Shown one piece after another: positions 18,777 to 29,753 of a stretch of 64,000 nt of DNA. The stretch covers positions 672,001 through 736,000 of the forward strand of contig CM000431.1 in NCBI GenBank assembly GCA_000165345.1, written 5' to 3'. A program made the translations under genes and the position numbers. The notes beneath the pieces are model-generated. The model saw only the letters and a list, made by a program, of their open reading frames with translations. It was not told where the DNA came from and ran no database searches. How positions within the stretch are numbered: position 1 is the first letter of the stretch; the number at the start of each line of letters is the position of its first letter.

Positions 18777-20405
18777 TTAATCAAACGAATGAGTGTTACC
18801 TCTTGAATAAGTATTCCCCAATAGATATTCTTTATCAAATTCATTCTTAATAAACTTAGATTTATCAATCACTTTTCTTTCTTGCTTGAAATAATCATTC
18901 GTTGCCTTACCTTCTAAGTAGTTCTTTAAAATGCTTTCACCTCCTAAACCCCAAACTTCAATATCTGCGACGCTGAATTTATTGATTTCTGTTGTTGATT
19001 CATCGCTCTCTCCAGAATATGGAGTACCTAATAATAAACAACTATTTCTTTTACCAGAATTATTACTAGGTTGATAAAGCATTCCAATATTGTACGTAAG
19101 ATCGCTTTTCAAACAAGTTCCAGTGCCTAGTGTAGAGTCCAGCCATAATCTGGAGTACTCTGGCTCTCCCCCAAACCCTATTCCTTTCGGAGAAAAATCA
19201 TATCTTGTATTAATATACATAAAATTTCTACCTTTGCCAGACTGTCCAATTATAGAAAACATTGGTCTAAGAGATGTTAAAAAACACGTTTCATCTCCAC
19301 AATATTTTCCGTTGCCTTCTTTCCAATCTCCAGTGCAAACTGAACCAAATATACAATTGTCAGTGGTCTTAATCAATAATAAAACATTAGATGAATATCC
19401 TTCTATTAGTGATACTAGCCTATTCAAGCTTAATCCATGTTTCCAACTAGCATATAGCAAATTCCATGGTTGAAAAAGTGTTAAACATTCTCCGCTTGAC
19501 GCATCACCAAAATACTGGCATCGTAAAATGCAGCAGTGTTCAGTTGAGAGCACACGGCTATTATCGTCAATCCAGCGGCTTAACTTAAAGAGGTCTAGCG
19601 AAGAAATGCATCCACCATTTTGGGAATCATTGTGACAATCTTTTTGCCTATTGCAATTGTTATCATTATTTTTGTTGTATTCATCTTGAATTAAGTTTAT
19701 ACCTTCCATAAAAGAGTTTTGAACATTGTTCGGATGTGAAATCATGTCGAAATGAACTCGAATTGATAGTTTCATAAAAAAAGCAAAAAGAGGGAGGTAT
19801 TCCTGAATAAAATCTGAAATTAAACCAACGGATGATTGTTTTGAGCAATTAATCATCTTTTTTTTGTAATACTCTTTAACAATAAATTCAAAGTCCAAGT
19901 ATGATGTAAGAGAGATCAAATGTTGATCAATATTGTTTGGTTTCAAAGATAAAATAGAAGATTTTGAATCACATAGAAGGAAACTTATCTCAAAATAAAC
20001 AATAGAAAATATTACTCTAAGCGCATCCAATTCATCTGATATATTTGATGTTACATATTCAGAAACTTTGTTGATTATTCCTTTCTTGTTACAATACAAA
20101 ATAGAATCCACGCATTTAACAAAATCAGTTAAATTTACTTTTCCAAAATCATCTTCGCAGCAAAAAGAAAAAAAACCCAGATAAAATCTTCTAAGAATTG
20201 CAGGAAACCGATTCTCTATTAAATTTAGATCTATTCTAAAGTCTTTTTTTATACTTTCGAAATTCAAGTCATTAATTCCAAATAAATTACCTATTTTTTT
20301 CAGCTCTGCCTGATCCAGATTACACCAGGAATAGTTATTACACACACCACCACTTTTACTGTTTTCAAGTAATTTATTTTCTTCAGTACTTTTAATATTG
20401 CCCAT
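18777..20405 (-). CDS. TLDc-domain protein (OXR1/NCOA7-like) with N-terminal myristoylation consensus
   Basis: 542 aa. N-terminus is MGNIKS (MGxxxS). A C-terminal TLDc domain (LLYASWKHGLSLNRLVSLIEGYSSNVLLLIKTTDNCIFGSVCTGDWKEG...GIGFGGEPEYSRLWLDSTLGTGTC...). ATG verified. Confidence 0.75.
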   Translation of the reverse strand: MGNIKSTEENKLLENSKSGGVCNNYSWCNLDQAELKKIGNLFGINDLNFESIKKDFRIDLNLIENRFPAILRRFYLGFFSFCCEDDFGKVNLTDFVKCVDSILYCNKKGIINKVSEYVTSNISDELDALRVIFSIVYFEISFLLCDSKSSILSLKPNNIDQHLISLTSYLDFEFIVKEYYKKKMINCSKQSSVGLISDFIQEYLPLFAFFMKLSIRVHFDMISHPNNVQNSFMEGINLIQDEYNKNNDNNCNRQKDCHNDSQNGGCISSLDLFKLSRWIDDNSRVLSTEHCCILRCQYFGDASSGECLTLFQPWNLLYASWKHGLSLNRLVSLIEGYSSNVLLLIKTTDNCIFGSVCTGDWKEGNGKYCGDETCFLTSLRPMFSIIGQSGKGRNFMYINTRYDFSPKGIGFGGEPEYSRLWLDSTLGTGTCLKSDLTYNIGMLYQPSNNSGKRNSCLLLGTPYSGESDESTTEINKFSVADIEVWGLGGESILKNYLEGKATNDYFKQERKVIDKSKFIKNEFDKEYLLGNTYSRGNTHSFD

Positions 20406-20451
20406 AATAAGCGATATTAGGTGGGTTTTGCAGTTCTAGTTAATTTTCAAC

Positions 20452-20462
20452 CAACTAGCGCC
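20452..20462 (+). promoter_or_regulatory. CAACTAGCGCC motif, copy 1, 78 nt upstream of the ATG at 20540
   Basis: An identical 11-mer recurs at 37531-37541. Both copies are in divergent promoters about 58-78 nt upstream of a plus-strand ATG. Confidence 0.3.
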
Positions 20463-20539
20463 TGTATGTTAGACATGCTCGAACGTAATCAAATAATTAT
20501 TACATAGCATGCTATATATTGAATCAAAAATAAATTTCG

Positions 20540-21775
20540 ATGAGGAATAACTTCATCGATGAAGATATATTTAAAACTGATGATATCAGCTCACTAATTG
20601 GTAGTGAAACACTACTAAATAGCTCATGCGTAGTTATCCAAAATGTTGACTATACCCCTTTGCAAGCATCCTTAATTCACAATAGCATAAAAATAAGAGA
20701 TTTTATATTAAAACAGAATAGTATTGATATTAATATTCAAAACTCCAAAGGAGAAAATGTGTTGATTACTGCAATCGTAAATAAAGCACCCTTGACTTTT
20801 ATTAAAGAATTGTTTAGAAGAAATATCGACATTTGTTTACCTAAGGACTCTAAATTTTCAAGTATTATTGATTTTGCAGACCCAAGTTGGGAAGGTTATT
20901 CAGAGTTAAAACATATGCTCCAAAGAAGAAAATCGTATAATTTCAATTATAGGAAGCAAAATTCTGAAAAACAAATCGAAAATAAATCTAACGATGTTGA
21001 AAAAAAAGAAACTGAGCAATCTGATTATTCTATTAATACTATTCAATTTGGCAGTGAACTAGCTGAAGTTGAAAAAAAAAACGGCCCTGATAACAATATA
21101 TTTGATTTAAAAAGGCCAAACACTATGAATATTGATGACAAAAATCTTAATACTATCGCGGACCAATTAGAAATTGTGGAAGGCAATAATGCATTGGAAC
21201 CTATTAATCAAATTACTAACAAAAAAAATACAAGTCGGAGTATTTCTAAATCTATATTTATTCCAAAAAGCGTAATTAAGCCGAATGCGCATAGCTCTAC
21301 AAGTGAATCAAAAAAAGATACTAAATTAAAAAATGACACACAGGAAAGTAGTTCTTTAAAACATGAGACAGAAATTTCTTTGGAACCTTTGGAGGCTGAA
21401 AAGAAAGGCGAAGAAAATAAGAGAAATATAGTCCAAATGAAAAACTCAACTACAAATGACGAAGATAATGGAATAATTAATAACAAAGACAAATTAAGAA
21501 GTGATGGAAACAAATCTTCAGAGATTATTTCAGAAAAGATGTGTAATATTAAACCATCCGGAAAAAATACAGAACCTGAATTCACTATAAAAAAAACGAA
21601 AAATCAAGATTTCAATTGCGATCAAAGAGGCGGAGATTATTGTAAGTATATCGGTGTTGACGATGAATATATGTCGCTAATTGATCAACAACTTAACGAA
21701 TCAATCGAAACTTCGAAAAAGCTTTTTTCATGTGCTTGTTGTGCGGGAATTAGACCTTGGAAATCAGAAACCTAA
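20540..21775 (+). CDS. hypothetical protein (411 aa). Possible ankyrin-like N-terminal repeats and a C-terminal Cys-rich tail
   Basis: ATG verified. The N-terminal segments have ankyrin-like periodicity (NSKGENVLITAIVNKAPLTFIKELFRRNIDI). The C-terminus is ...CDQRGGDYCKY...FSCACCAGIRPWKSET. The middle is Lys/Glu/Asn-rich low complexity. The antisense ORF 21208-21585 is spurious. Confidence 0.45.
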   Translation: MRNNFIDEDIFKTDDISSLIGSETLLNSSCVVIQNVDYTPLQASLIHNSIKIRDFILKQNSIDINIQNSKGENVLITAIVNKAPLTFIKELFRRNIDICLPKDSKFSSIIDFADPSWEGYSELKHMLQRRKSYNFNYRKQNSEKQIENKSNDVEKKETEQSDYSINTIQFGSELAEVEKKNGPDNNIFDLKRPNTMNIDDKNLNTIADQLEIVEGNNALEPINQITNKKNTSRSISKSIFIPKSVIKPNAHSSTSESKKDTKLKNDTQESSSLKHETEISLEPLEAEKKGEENKRNIVQMKNSTTNDEDNGIINNKDKLRSDGNKSSEIISEKMCNIKPSGKNTEPEFTIKKTKNQDFNCDQRGGDYCKYIGVDDEYMSLIDQQLNESIETSKKLFSCACCAGIRPWKSET

Positions 21776-21979
21776 TAAAATTGGAATGTGTTGTAGAGTT
21801 GTAGAATATAACTCAAATAGTTATTTTGAACTGATATTTGATATTAACATTATAATTTTCATGAATTAGTGATTTTTGTTTAGTTTTTTTTCTCTAATGC
21901 AAATGCGCTCGTACAAATAGTTTAATATTCTATTCGTGATATATATTTCTAAAACAAAATAAAATTCTTTAATTTGCAC

Positions 21980-23488
21980 ATGGATTATACTCAAAGAAAT
22001 TTAGAAAAGACGGTTTTAGATAATCACCATATTTGTTTAAATTTAAAGCGAAAAAATAAATTAACTTCGGAAAACAAAGACCATATTTATTATGAATTAC
22101 TTGAAAATAAATATATTAACCCATATTTAGATCAGATTGATTATAGTAAAATTTTTAAACGATTTTTTTCTCAGAAAGATGCGATCGAATATTATGATTC
22201 CATAAACTCTCATTTTGGCCAAATAGAAAACTCAGACGATTCTAGAATATTACCCATTGGAGTTTTCGCTGAAGAAACTACCATAAATGGGAGCAGAAAT
22301 TATATTGTTAGTTCTTATGAATCAATCTGGAACTATATTTCTTCACTATGTAAGTATGAAAGACATGTTTATGAAGTAATACTTGCTAACCAGCCTTGTT
22401 GGCTTTACTTCGATATTGAATATAATAAAAGCCAATATAATTTAGATGATAACCGAATATTGATTGATTTTACAAGTCATCTTAAATTGTGGATTAAATT
22501 GCTATTTGGATACTCAATTGACAAAAAAGATATCATTTACCTCTGTTCAAGTAACGCTGATAAGTTTTCATATCATATCATAATAAAAAGGATCGATATG
22601 GTTCAAAATTTTTCGACATTATTCAAAGATAATATATCGATGAAAATTTTTGTAACCCATTTTATTTCTTTTTTGAATAAAAATAATGTTTTACTTGATG
22701 AATTTGATCACTTTAATCTTCAGAATATAATTGACACAGGAGTCTACACTCGAAATCGGTGTTTTAGAATGCTTTATTCTTCAAAGTTCGGAAAGAAGAG
22801 CATCTTACAAATTGACGAGATGAATACTAGTTTTGTGCTTACAGAGATTTTGCCAATAAAACTATTTCGGTCAATGATTACATTTTTAAATACTCGCACT
22901 TTTTCAAAATCAAACTTTATTTCTAGAATAAATGTAATTAACCAGCTTTGCTTCAACTTAGAGAAGTTCTGTCTTCCAAAAATTTGTGGAATAAACGAAA
23001 TTTCATTTAATGAATACAAAAGTAATGAAAATACAAAATTCATTCCTAGGCATTTAGTAAAGCTAACAGAATACGTAATTTTATTCTGGAACAAGTTATC
23101 TGAAGAGCTTCAAAATAACCCTGAATTGATGCTTAGTAATCTTGAAGAAAGTAAATTAATAGATTACTGTTTGAAAAAAATTAATTTTGATTTTGATGAT
23201 AAAATTTCAATTAGAATTCAAATGTTTATAAGTACCACAATGTATTTTAAAGAAAAAGAATTAATCATTATTTCAGTTTCAAAACTCAATAAGTTATGTT
23301 TCAATATTGAAAGAGAGCATATTTCAAATGGAATAAAATTAATTATTGACTTCTACAATAAGCGGTTTTATCAAAAATGTTTTGATCCTGACTGTATAAA
23401 TTTTAAATCAAGATCATTTACGGTTCCAGAAAGTTTAATTAATTATTCATATGATATACTTGAACTATCTGAGATGATTAAATTTTAA
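21980..23488 (+). CDS. PRIMPOL: primase-polymerase PrimPol (archaeo-eukaryotic primase superfamily with UL52-type zinc finger)
   Basis: The first ATG is at 21980; the track start at 21974 is a TTG. AEP motif I is YEVILANQPCWLYFDIEYNK (human YEVIPENAVCKLYFDLEFNK). Motif III is DTGVYTRNRCFRMLYSSKFGK (human DLGVYTRNRNFRLYKSSKIGK). The C-terminal Zn-finger region is KRFYQKCFDPDCINFKSRSF (human WYQKCHDPVCKAKNFKS). Confidence 0.85.
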   Translation: MDYTQRNLEKTVLDNHHICLNLKRKNKLTSENKDHIYYELLENKYINPYLDQIDYSKIFKRFFSQKDAIEYYDSINSHFGQIENSDDSRILPIGVFAEETTINGSRNYIVSSYESIWNYISSLCKYERHVYEVILANQPCWLYFDIEYNKSQYNLDDNRILIDFTSHLKLWIKLLFGYSIDKKDIIYLCSSNADKFSYHIIIKRIDMVQNFSTLFKDNISMKIFVTHFISFLNKNNVLLDEFDHFNLQNIIDTGVYTRNRCFRMLYSSKFGKKSILQIDEMNTSFVLTEILPIKLFRSMITFLNTRTFSKSNFISRINVINQLCFNLEKFCLPKICGINEISFNEYKSNENTKFIPRHLVKLTEYVILFWNKLSEELQNNPELMLSNLEESKLIDYCLKKINFDFDDKISIRIQMFISTTMYFKEKELIIISVSKLNKLCFNIEREHISNGIKLIIDFYNKRFYQKCFDPDCINFKSRSFTVPESLINYSYDILELSEMIKF

Positions 23489-23521
23489 TTTTTGTATTTA
23501 AATATTGTAATAATCAATAAA

Positions 23522-26452
23522 ATGGAGTTTTCAACTGAAGATTCCTCTCTCATTTGTGAAAATTGCAGAGGAGACCGAGTATATATTGATACAAATACTG
23601 GTGAATATTTTTGTGAGGATTGTGGGATCCAGCAACAGGAAATTAGAGAACTAGAAAGAGATATTGACGATGTGTACTTTGAAATATCAAACGGGCCAGA
23701 TGGTAGAAGAAGCAATGTTAGGCGTGCGAGCCAGTCAACTGAAAAGCTATCAAATAAAGAAAATAATATTGAAAGCTTAAAAGATGATGATACATTATAT
23801 GACCAGACCCTGAACAATATTTCTAACAAGAAGCAAACATATTTTGATAAATGGTTCAATAAAAAACCAAAAATAGTTAAAAATTCTGACTTCTTAATTG
23901 GAGTACAGCTAATTGTTCAAAACATTATTAAAGATATGATCGAAAGACGTCAAATAAAAAACGATGTTCTAAAAACTTCAAAAAGTATTTGGTTTTCATT
24001 TTTGGAATATTTATGCAAAAACAGAATTTCAATTAGAGCATTTTTTGCAGATCTAAGATGTTCTGTACTCAAGGTACCATTTAATGAAACAGCTTCTAAT
24101 TCAAATATAAATAATATTCAGACTAAAAATCTCAAAATTCCCAATATTGAAAGAAAAGTTTATGAAAATGAAAATACTATATTATATGATTTGCTACATA
24201 ATTTATTTGGATTAGATAGGGTTGAATACTTATCAAAAATTTGCGATGGAATAATCAGATACTGTAATTCAACTAATGCACGTAAAAGAATGAGCAACAA
24301 TGCTAGAACAGATGAAAGTTCTGGTGGAAATGTGTTGGAGGAATGGGAAATCTCTGCAAGAAAACTTCAACAATTAGCAAATGTAAGAAATATTCCATAT
24401 TCAAATTGGTATGGAGAATCAAATATTCCTAGGTCAGAATTAATTAAATCTGTTATTGACATGATTTATGAGTATGACTTTCTAGAAAGTTATTTCAGTA
24501 GAATAAGCAAAAGCATATCTGATGAAAATGGACATATTAATCAGTCTAGATTTAATGAATGGATCAACTTCCATGTCATTTTTTTAATGAACAACAGAAA
24601 AATAAATCAAGATTATATTTCAATTTCAAACTATTTAGAATTACCTACAAATGAGTTTCAGAATCGTAGAGACTTAGAGTTTCAGCTCTACAAAGTACGT
24701 ATTATACATTTACTGTTATATAAAATATTGGGTAAATGCTTAATTAGAGTATTTCATAATTCATCGCTCTCTGATTATTCTCCAATATTTGAGTTTATTG
24801 GAAACATTGAATCCCAAAATCTTAGAAAAAGAAGTTTGCCTAAAGATTGTTTTAAAAATTTATCTTTGGAATGCCCAAAAATAGACTATAGTTTTATATT
24901 GTGTATTATTTGGATTTCATTGTTGAAGAGTGGTTATCAAGTTACATCTTTTGACATTATTGAATGGGTAAAAGTTGGAAAAATAGATATATTTAAATCT
25001 GAAAACGCAATTCCAAAATGGCTTAAAGATGCAGGCTTCAAATGGGATAACGATATTAATTCTATTACTCAAACTAGATCAATTACGCAAGTTTCGAAAA
25101 TTCCAAGTCCTGCAGATCTTGAAAGAGTGATCAATTTTTTTTCAATGTCAATTAATTTGGTTATTCCGCCTTTTAATGTTCCAATCATGATTCACAGAAT
25201 TTTGTCAAACTGTAATTTGTTTGGAAATAGAGGAGGAATTTCAATACAGCCTCTTTGTATCCGTCTTTGGGAATTTTTATTCAAAGAAGGCAATATTATC
25301 AAATTTTTTAGTAAACTGACAATTGTACCATCCATCATAATTGTTATTGCAAGATCAATTTGGCCAATTTTCGTATATCATCCTATACCTAATCCAAAAT
25401 ATATATTAGAAAACTTACATTTCCATAATGAATTATCAAAATCTAATGTATCTGCTACTATAGAATCGCTTAATCTTGACTTTGGGTTTGATGTAAAACT
25501 ATCATCTTGGATCTTAAAAACTAGAGAAAATCAATCTTTGTTGGAAGAAAAAATCCGTTTCTATTCAATCCTCAATGGCATTGAATGGAGTGGGATTTTT
25601 GCAATTAATTGGCTTTATAATTACCTATCAAATATGTCTGCGCCATCCATAAATGTAAATGATATATTTAGAAACTCCGATACAAAGAGTCCAGAATTTA
25701 TTATTGAAAAAAAAGGAAGGCCAACAATAAATTTAAGAGGTGATTTCTTTAACTCTATAAGAAAAAAAAGGCAAGGTATAAAAAAAAAGATTGGGAAAAG
25801 CAATTGGTCAGGAATTACGCCTTCAGAACCAAAAAATTGTGAATTCTATTCGTTTGACAAAAAAAAAATTAGTATATTTTCTAGATACTTACCTTCTAAT
25901 AGAGAAATATTCCACTCTATGTTGTTTAAATATGTGAACAAGGTGAATATATTTTTTGATCATGATATTTTACAATCATGGGATTTATTTGATGACGACG
26001 AAAAGGTTCAACTTGTTAGTAATTGGGGAAAAATCTTATTAACGAGTAAAGAAACTGAGAACTCTAGCATTCTTAAGGGTATCATTGAATACAACTTTCC
26101 TTCGGTTGTATGTTCGTTATTCCCAGTATTAATAAACAATAATTTCTTGAAGAACGAAGGTAGCTGTTTCAACAGCATTGAATCTATTATCAATCATATC
26201 TTCAATTTGAAACTTGATTTCTTAAAAAAATTATTCCAAGAACCCGGGATTTTTACTTTTATTGTTCCGCCTTTGCCTCAGTTTATTCACTCCAGACAAA
26301 TGCACACTAATTCTGAGGCATCTTTACCAACGCCTTATTCTATTTTGTTGTTGCAATTAGCTAAAATAACTGGAGAAAACTATTTAAATATTCACAATTG
26401 TGCTATTAAAATTGAAGAAATATTACGAGAAAGGCTTGTAAAAGGAAGGTAA
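23522..26452 (+). CDS. protein with N-terminal TFIIB-type zinc ribbon (candidate Rrn7/TAF1B- or Brf-like initiation factor); otherwise unassigned
   Basis: 976 aa from the ATG at 23522; the track start at 23492 is a TTG. It starts only 33 nt after the PrimPol stop. The N-terminus has CENCRGDRVYIDTNTGEYFCEDCG (a C-x2-C...C-x2-C ribbon). The rest is not recognisable. Confidence 0.5.
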   Translation: MEFSTEDSSLICENCRGDRVYIDTNTGEYFCEDCGIQQQEIRELERDIDDVYFEISNGPDGRRSNVRRASQSTEKLSNKENNIESLKDDDTLYDQTLNNISNKKQTYFDKWFNKKPKIVKNSDFLIGVQLIVQNIIKDMIERRQIKNDVLKTSKSIWFSFLEYLCKNRISIRAFFADLRCSVLKVPFNETASNSNINNIQTKNLKIPNIERKVYENENTILYDLLHNLFGLDRVEYLSKICDGIIRYCNSTNARKRMSNNARTDESSGGNVLEEWEISARKLQQLANVRNIPYSNWYGESNIPRSELIKSVIDMIYEYDFLESYFSRISKSISDENGHINQSRFNEWINFHVIFLMNNRKINQDYISISNYLELPTNEFQNRRDLEFQLYKVRIIHLLLYKILGKCLIRVFHNSSLSDYSPIFEFIGNIESQNLRKRSLPKDCFKNLSLECPKIDYSFILCIIWISLLKSGYQVTSFDIIEWVKVGKIDIFKSENAIPKWLKDAGFKWDNDINSITQTRSITQVSKIPSPADLERVINFFSMSINLVIPPFNVPIMIHRILSNCNLFGNRGGISIQPLCIRLWEFLFKEGNIIKFFSKLTIVPSIIIVIARSIWPIFVYHPIPNPKYILENLHFHNELSKSNVSATIESLNLDFGFDVKLSSWILKTRENQSLLEEKIRFYSILNGIEWSGIFAINWLYNYLSNMSAPSINVNDIFRNSDTKSPEFIIEKKGRPTINLRGDFFNSIRKKRQGIKKKIGKSNWSGITPSEPKNCEFYSFDKKKISIFSRYLPSNREIFHSMLFKYVNKVNIFFDHDILQSWDLFDDDEKVQLVSNWGKILLTSKETENSSILKGIIEYNFPSVVCSLFPVLINNNFLKNEGSCFNSIESIINHIFNLKLDFLKKLFQEPGIFTFIVPPLPQFIHSRQMHTNSEASLPTPYSILLLQLAKITGENYLNIHNCAIKIEEILRERLVKGR

Positions 26453-26462
26453 TTTCTGGATT

Positions 26463-29400
26463 TCAATATGATTGATGCCACGCCTTTCCAAGCCCCTTAC
26501 CTCTGAAAACCTGCTTATTCATTGACTTTCCTAAAATTTGCTTAAGAACCTTACACTTACTCATAACTTTTTGTAAATCATGTTTCAGATGTATGTATGA
26601 CTCACTAATTTTATTTATTGAATTACTTCTAATATTCAATGCTCCATTTGAAGTAGCTGTGCTTTCCAAGTAATCTAATATAGTTACAATTTCAATTATT
26701 GATAATTTTACTTTGTGAGATGATGAACTTAATGTCCCTTCACAAAATGCATTTAAATCAAGAGCCCCAATTGCATTGGCATCAACCAAAAAATCTAAAT
26801 ATGAAACTGAAAAGTCAATGCTGTAAGGTGGGCCACAAAATTCTGACAACTTTATTGTAAAATCTCTAATTAAGGTTTTATCTAGATATTTAATCCCAAC
26901 TTTACTCATATAGGCAAGTACTGCTCCGTATAATCCACCCCCAATCAGGTAAACAAAAAAGTCAATGATCCAACGCCTTTTTTCAGACTTCGTTGAGGCT
27001 AAAGAGTTAATTGTACAGACGCTAATTGAAGTTTGATCTTGTAAACCGTGTTCTAAACATAGTCTGAGAAGGTGGAAAACACAGATCCTTTTCTTTGGGT
27101 GCCATTGAGTAATATGCTTAATAATTACAACCATCGAAGAAGAAAGAGTAATTAGTGGACTACTTCCATTCATTCCTGAAAAAAGAAAAATTTCGATATA
27201 CCTCAATACAGCACTGGCCCCAATCGGTGTAGTAATCAAATGATCTAGGTATGCCCACTTTAGCTCATCTTTTATTAAATTATCATGAATTATATTGTAA
27301 ATTCTAAATAACTCCTTCCTAGCTCTATTTTTAAATCGATCACATAAATCTCTTATATTTTGAAATTGCTCCTTCATTTTTTTCGCTTTATTTTTTGGTA
27401 ATAATCGTAGTGACCCTAAAATCTTCTGAGTATGAACGTTTCGGTAAATACATGAATCAATTGTACTCTTACATCCAATTGTAGAATCCGTTTGTTTTTT
27501 GGATTCTACTGGTATTGAACTTGCATTCCTAGTATTGGTAGTTGTGTTTTTTATTTTATTTGGAAGCCAATAGTGGTTTTTTTCTTTATTCATAGAACTA
27601 TTCGATTCTGAAATAGAATCAATTGAATTTGATGACTCTGAAGAAATAAAATCTGAAAGTGTGTCAACATTGTATTTTATCCTCTCATCGCACTCAAATT
27701 CATCTTCAGAATTACTCCAGATATCTTGAATTGAATTATTAACATGAGAATTAACTTCTTTTTTAACAATATTCCACTCCTTTTGTTCTTCTAAAAATAA
27801 AAGCAATTCATATGGTGAATAGACAGATAATAGCAGAAGTAAATCAATTGTTTTGCTCTGCTCTTCAGGAGTTAACCAAATGCTTTGGTTTACAAGAATA
27901 TCAATTAGTGTGTCTAATAATGCGCTTTCTCTCAACGCATCCATTGGTGGGCGTTCAGGACCTATTTTCAATCTTTGAATTTCATCTGAGCCAGGGATAT
28001 CACCCATTCTACTTACAGATGGCATGTCAAATATTGTTTCATTGTAAGAATTGATGTCGCAATTAGAATTTTTTGTATCATATTTTTGTGAGCCATAAGT
28101 ATTATTTTCGGAATCGCTGGAACAATCGCTGATTTTCCTTTGAAAGGTTTCTGATGGATCAATATATGGGTCCTGATTTTTATTCAGACAATTCGTCTGT
28201 AGAAAACTCTCTAAAGAGCAGTTTCTTGGAGAAACATTCAATTCTAAGTCTCTAAGAGAAAATTGCAAAGATCCCAAAGATGCCCATTCTTTGGTGTTGG
28301 CAGAAATTTCATTTTGGGCGGAGTTAAATCTTTCGTTTGAGTTTTTTTTAATAGATACATTTGAATATTTTTTTTCTGAATCTATTTCGTTGTCTTTGGT
28401 ATTTTTAATTCTTTTTCTTTCATAAAGGAGCATTTGCAAAGATTCAAACCTGTCAATTATTCCGCTTAGCATATCATAAAGTGAAGAAATTTGATTTGGA
28501 TTCATTGAAAATTTAATAGCTGACTCAAAACCTCCTAATCCACCGTTAGCTGATCCTTTTTCTTCCATTGTAGATATGTCCATCTTGAAAATCGTTTTAC
28601 ACAATTTGAATAATTCAGGAAAATTTGTCAAGTTTGTAAACAAAAGATTTAACTGAGCGACTCTTGGTTCTTTCAATGTGACTCTTACATAGTGATAAAG
28701 CATTTGGCTCAACCTTCGACATCCCGAATAGTCGCCCCTCCAAACAATCATGTAGTGCAGTAATGCTTGTGCATAAAAATATGCATTTTCTGATTGGCTT
28801 AATGTGGAGCAAATTTCTTGAATGATGTTAGAAGTATAATAATCGCTTGAATTATTTTTCCCATCAATAGAATACAAAGGGTTATTGATTGTTCCACTGA
28901 GTGGTAATAAATTTGTACCTTGTAGCGCTGCCTCTATTGTTTCATCAGTTAATAAAAAGTCTGCAAGCAATTCCGTTACGTTTTTAGTAAATACACTAAA
29001 GTTACTTGTTGAAGAGAAGTTCATTTTTTTTGGCAAACAGTCGATATTTGGATTTGTCTTAGAGAAGTTATGTAAGTCTTGTAAGAAAGCCAATAGAAAT
29101 TCCGACTTTCTATTCCTTGCGAACAGCTTTTGAATAGAATTTACAACCGCAGGATGTTTCATCAAACTCCAATAACAAGGAGGTGGTTGCCAGCCGCCTT
29201 GCCCAAGTAGATCTCTATTATTGTCCATATATTTCCTTAAAGTTTCTGTATTAAAATACCTTTCAATGAGCATTGCCATTGGTTCGACCATATTTTCCGA
29301 AAATAAAGTTTTGTTAGAATTACTTCTTCCGGTTTTCTGTGTTTTTACTTTTTTTTTACTGTTAATTTTAGATTGGATTGGCGTAATATAATTAATACCT

Positions 29401-29753
29401 ATATTGTCACCATTGTTAAATGAATCTGATTTATAGTCCAAAATATCTATCCATTCAGACAAAATCTGGCACATAGGTGCATAGCCTATGTAATTTTGCA
29501 CTATTAAACTAAGACATTCAGCAATTAACTTTTGTATGTTAAAGGAAGAATCTTGTTGGCTGTCTTGAAAAGGACGTACTTCAGACGATTTATTATTTTC
29601 TGAAAATGATTTAAATGAGATATATGTTTGAATGCTTTCTATTATATCATCGTCCATAATAGAGTCTAGTGCACAAATATTCTTTTTTGCATTTTCATAC
29701 TCTTCTTTTGATATACCCTCCCCAATTAGTTTGAAATTTTCTGATATACTCAT
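26463..29753 (-). CDS. large hypothetical protein (1096 aa)
   Basis: ATG verified at 29751-29753. No recognised domain. Its stop lies 10 nt from the stop of the 23522-26452 gene (convergent). The antisense ORFs 27812-28054 and 28885-29133 are spurious. Confidence 0.55.
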   Translation of the reverse strand: MSISENFKLIGEGISKEEYENAKKNICALDSIMDDDIIESIQTYISFKSFSENNKSSEVRPFQDSQQDSSFNIQKLIAECLSLIVQNYIGYAPMCQILSEWIDILDYKSDSFNNGDNIGINYITPIQSKINSKKKVKTQKTGRSNSNKTLFSENMVEPMAMLIERYFNTETLRKYMDNNRDLLGQGGWQPPPCYWSLMKHPAVVNSIQKLFARNRKSEFLLAFLQDLHNFSKTNPNIDCLPKKMNFSSTSNFSVFTKNVTELLADFLLTDETIEAALQGTNLLPLSGTINNPLYSIDGKNNSSDYYTSNIIQEICSTLSQSENAYFYAQALLHYMIVWRGDYSGCRRLSQMLYHYVRVTLKEPRVAQLNLLFTNLTNFPELFKLCKTIFKMDISTMEEKGSANGGLGGFESAIKFSMNPNQISSLYDMLSGIIDRFESLQMLLYERKRIKNTKDNEIDSEKKYSNVSIKKNSNERFNSAQNEISANTKEWASLGSLQFSLRDLELNVSPRNCSLESFLQTNCLNKNQDPYIDPSETFQRKISDCSSDSENNTYGSQKYDTKNSNCDINSYNETIFDMPSVSRMGDIPGSDEIQRLKIGPERPPMDALRESALLDTLIDILVNQSIWLTPEEQSKTIDLLLLLSVYSPYELLLFLEEQKEWNIVKKEVNSHVNNSIQDIWSNSEDEFECDERIKYNVDTLSDFISSESSNSIDSISESNSSMNKEKNHYWLPNKIKNTTTNTRNASSIPVESKKQTDSTIGCKSTIDSCIYRNVHTQKILGSLRLLPKNKAKKMKEQFQNIRDLCDRFKNRARKELFRIYNIIHDNLIKDELKWAYLDHLITTPIGASAVLRYIEIFLFSGMNGSSPLITLSSSMVVIIKHITQWHPKKRICVFHLLRLCLEHGLQDQTSISVCTINSLASTKSEKRRWIIDFFVYLIGGGLYGAVLAYMSKVGIKYLDKTLIRDFTIKLSEFCGPPYSIDFSVSYLDFLVDANAIGALDLNAFCEGTLSSSSHKVKLSIIEIVTILDYLESTATSNGALNIRSNSINKISESYIHLKHDLQKVMSKCKVLKQILGKSMNKQVFRGKGLGKAWHQSY

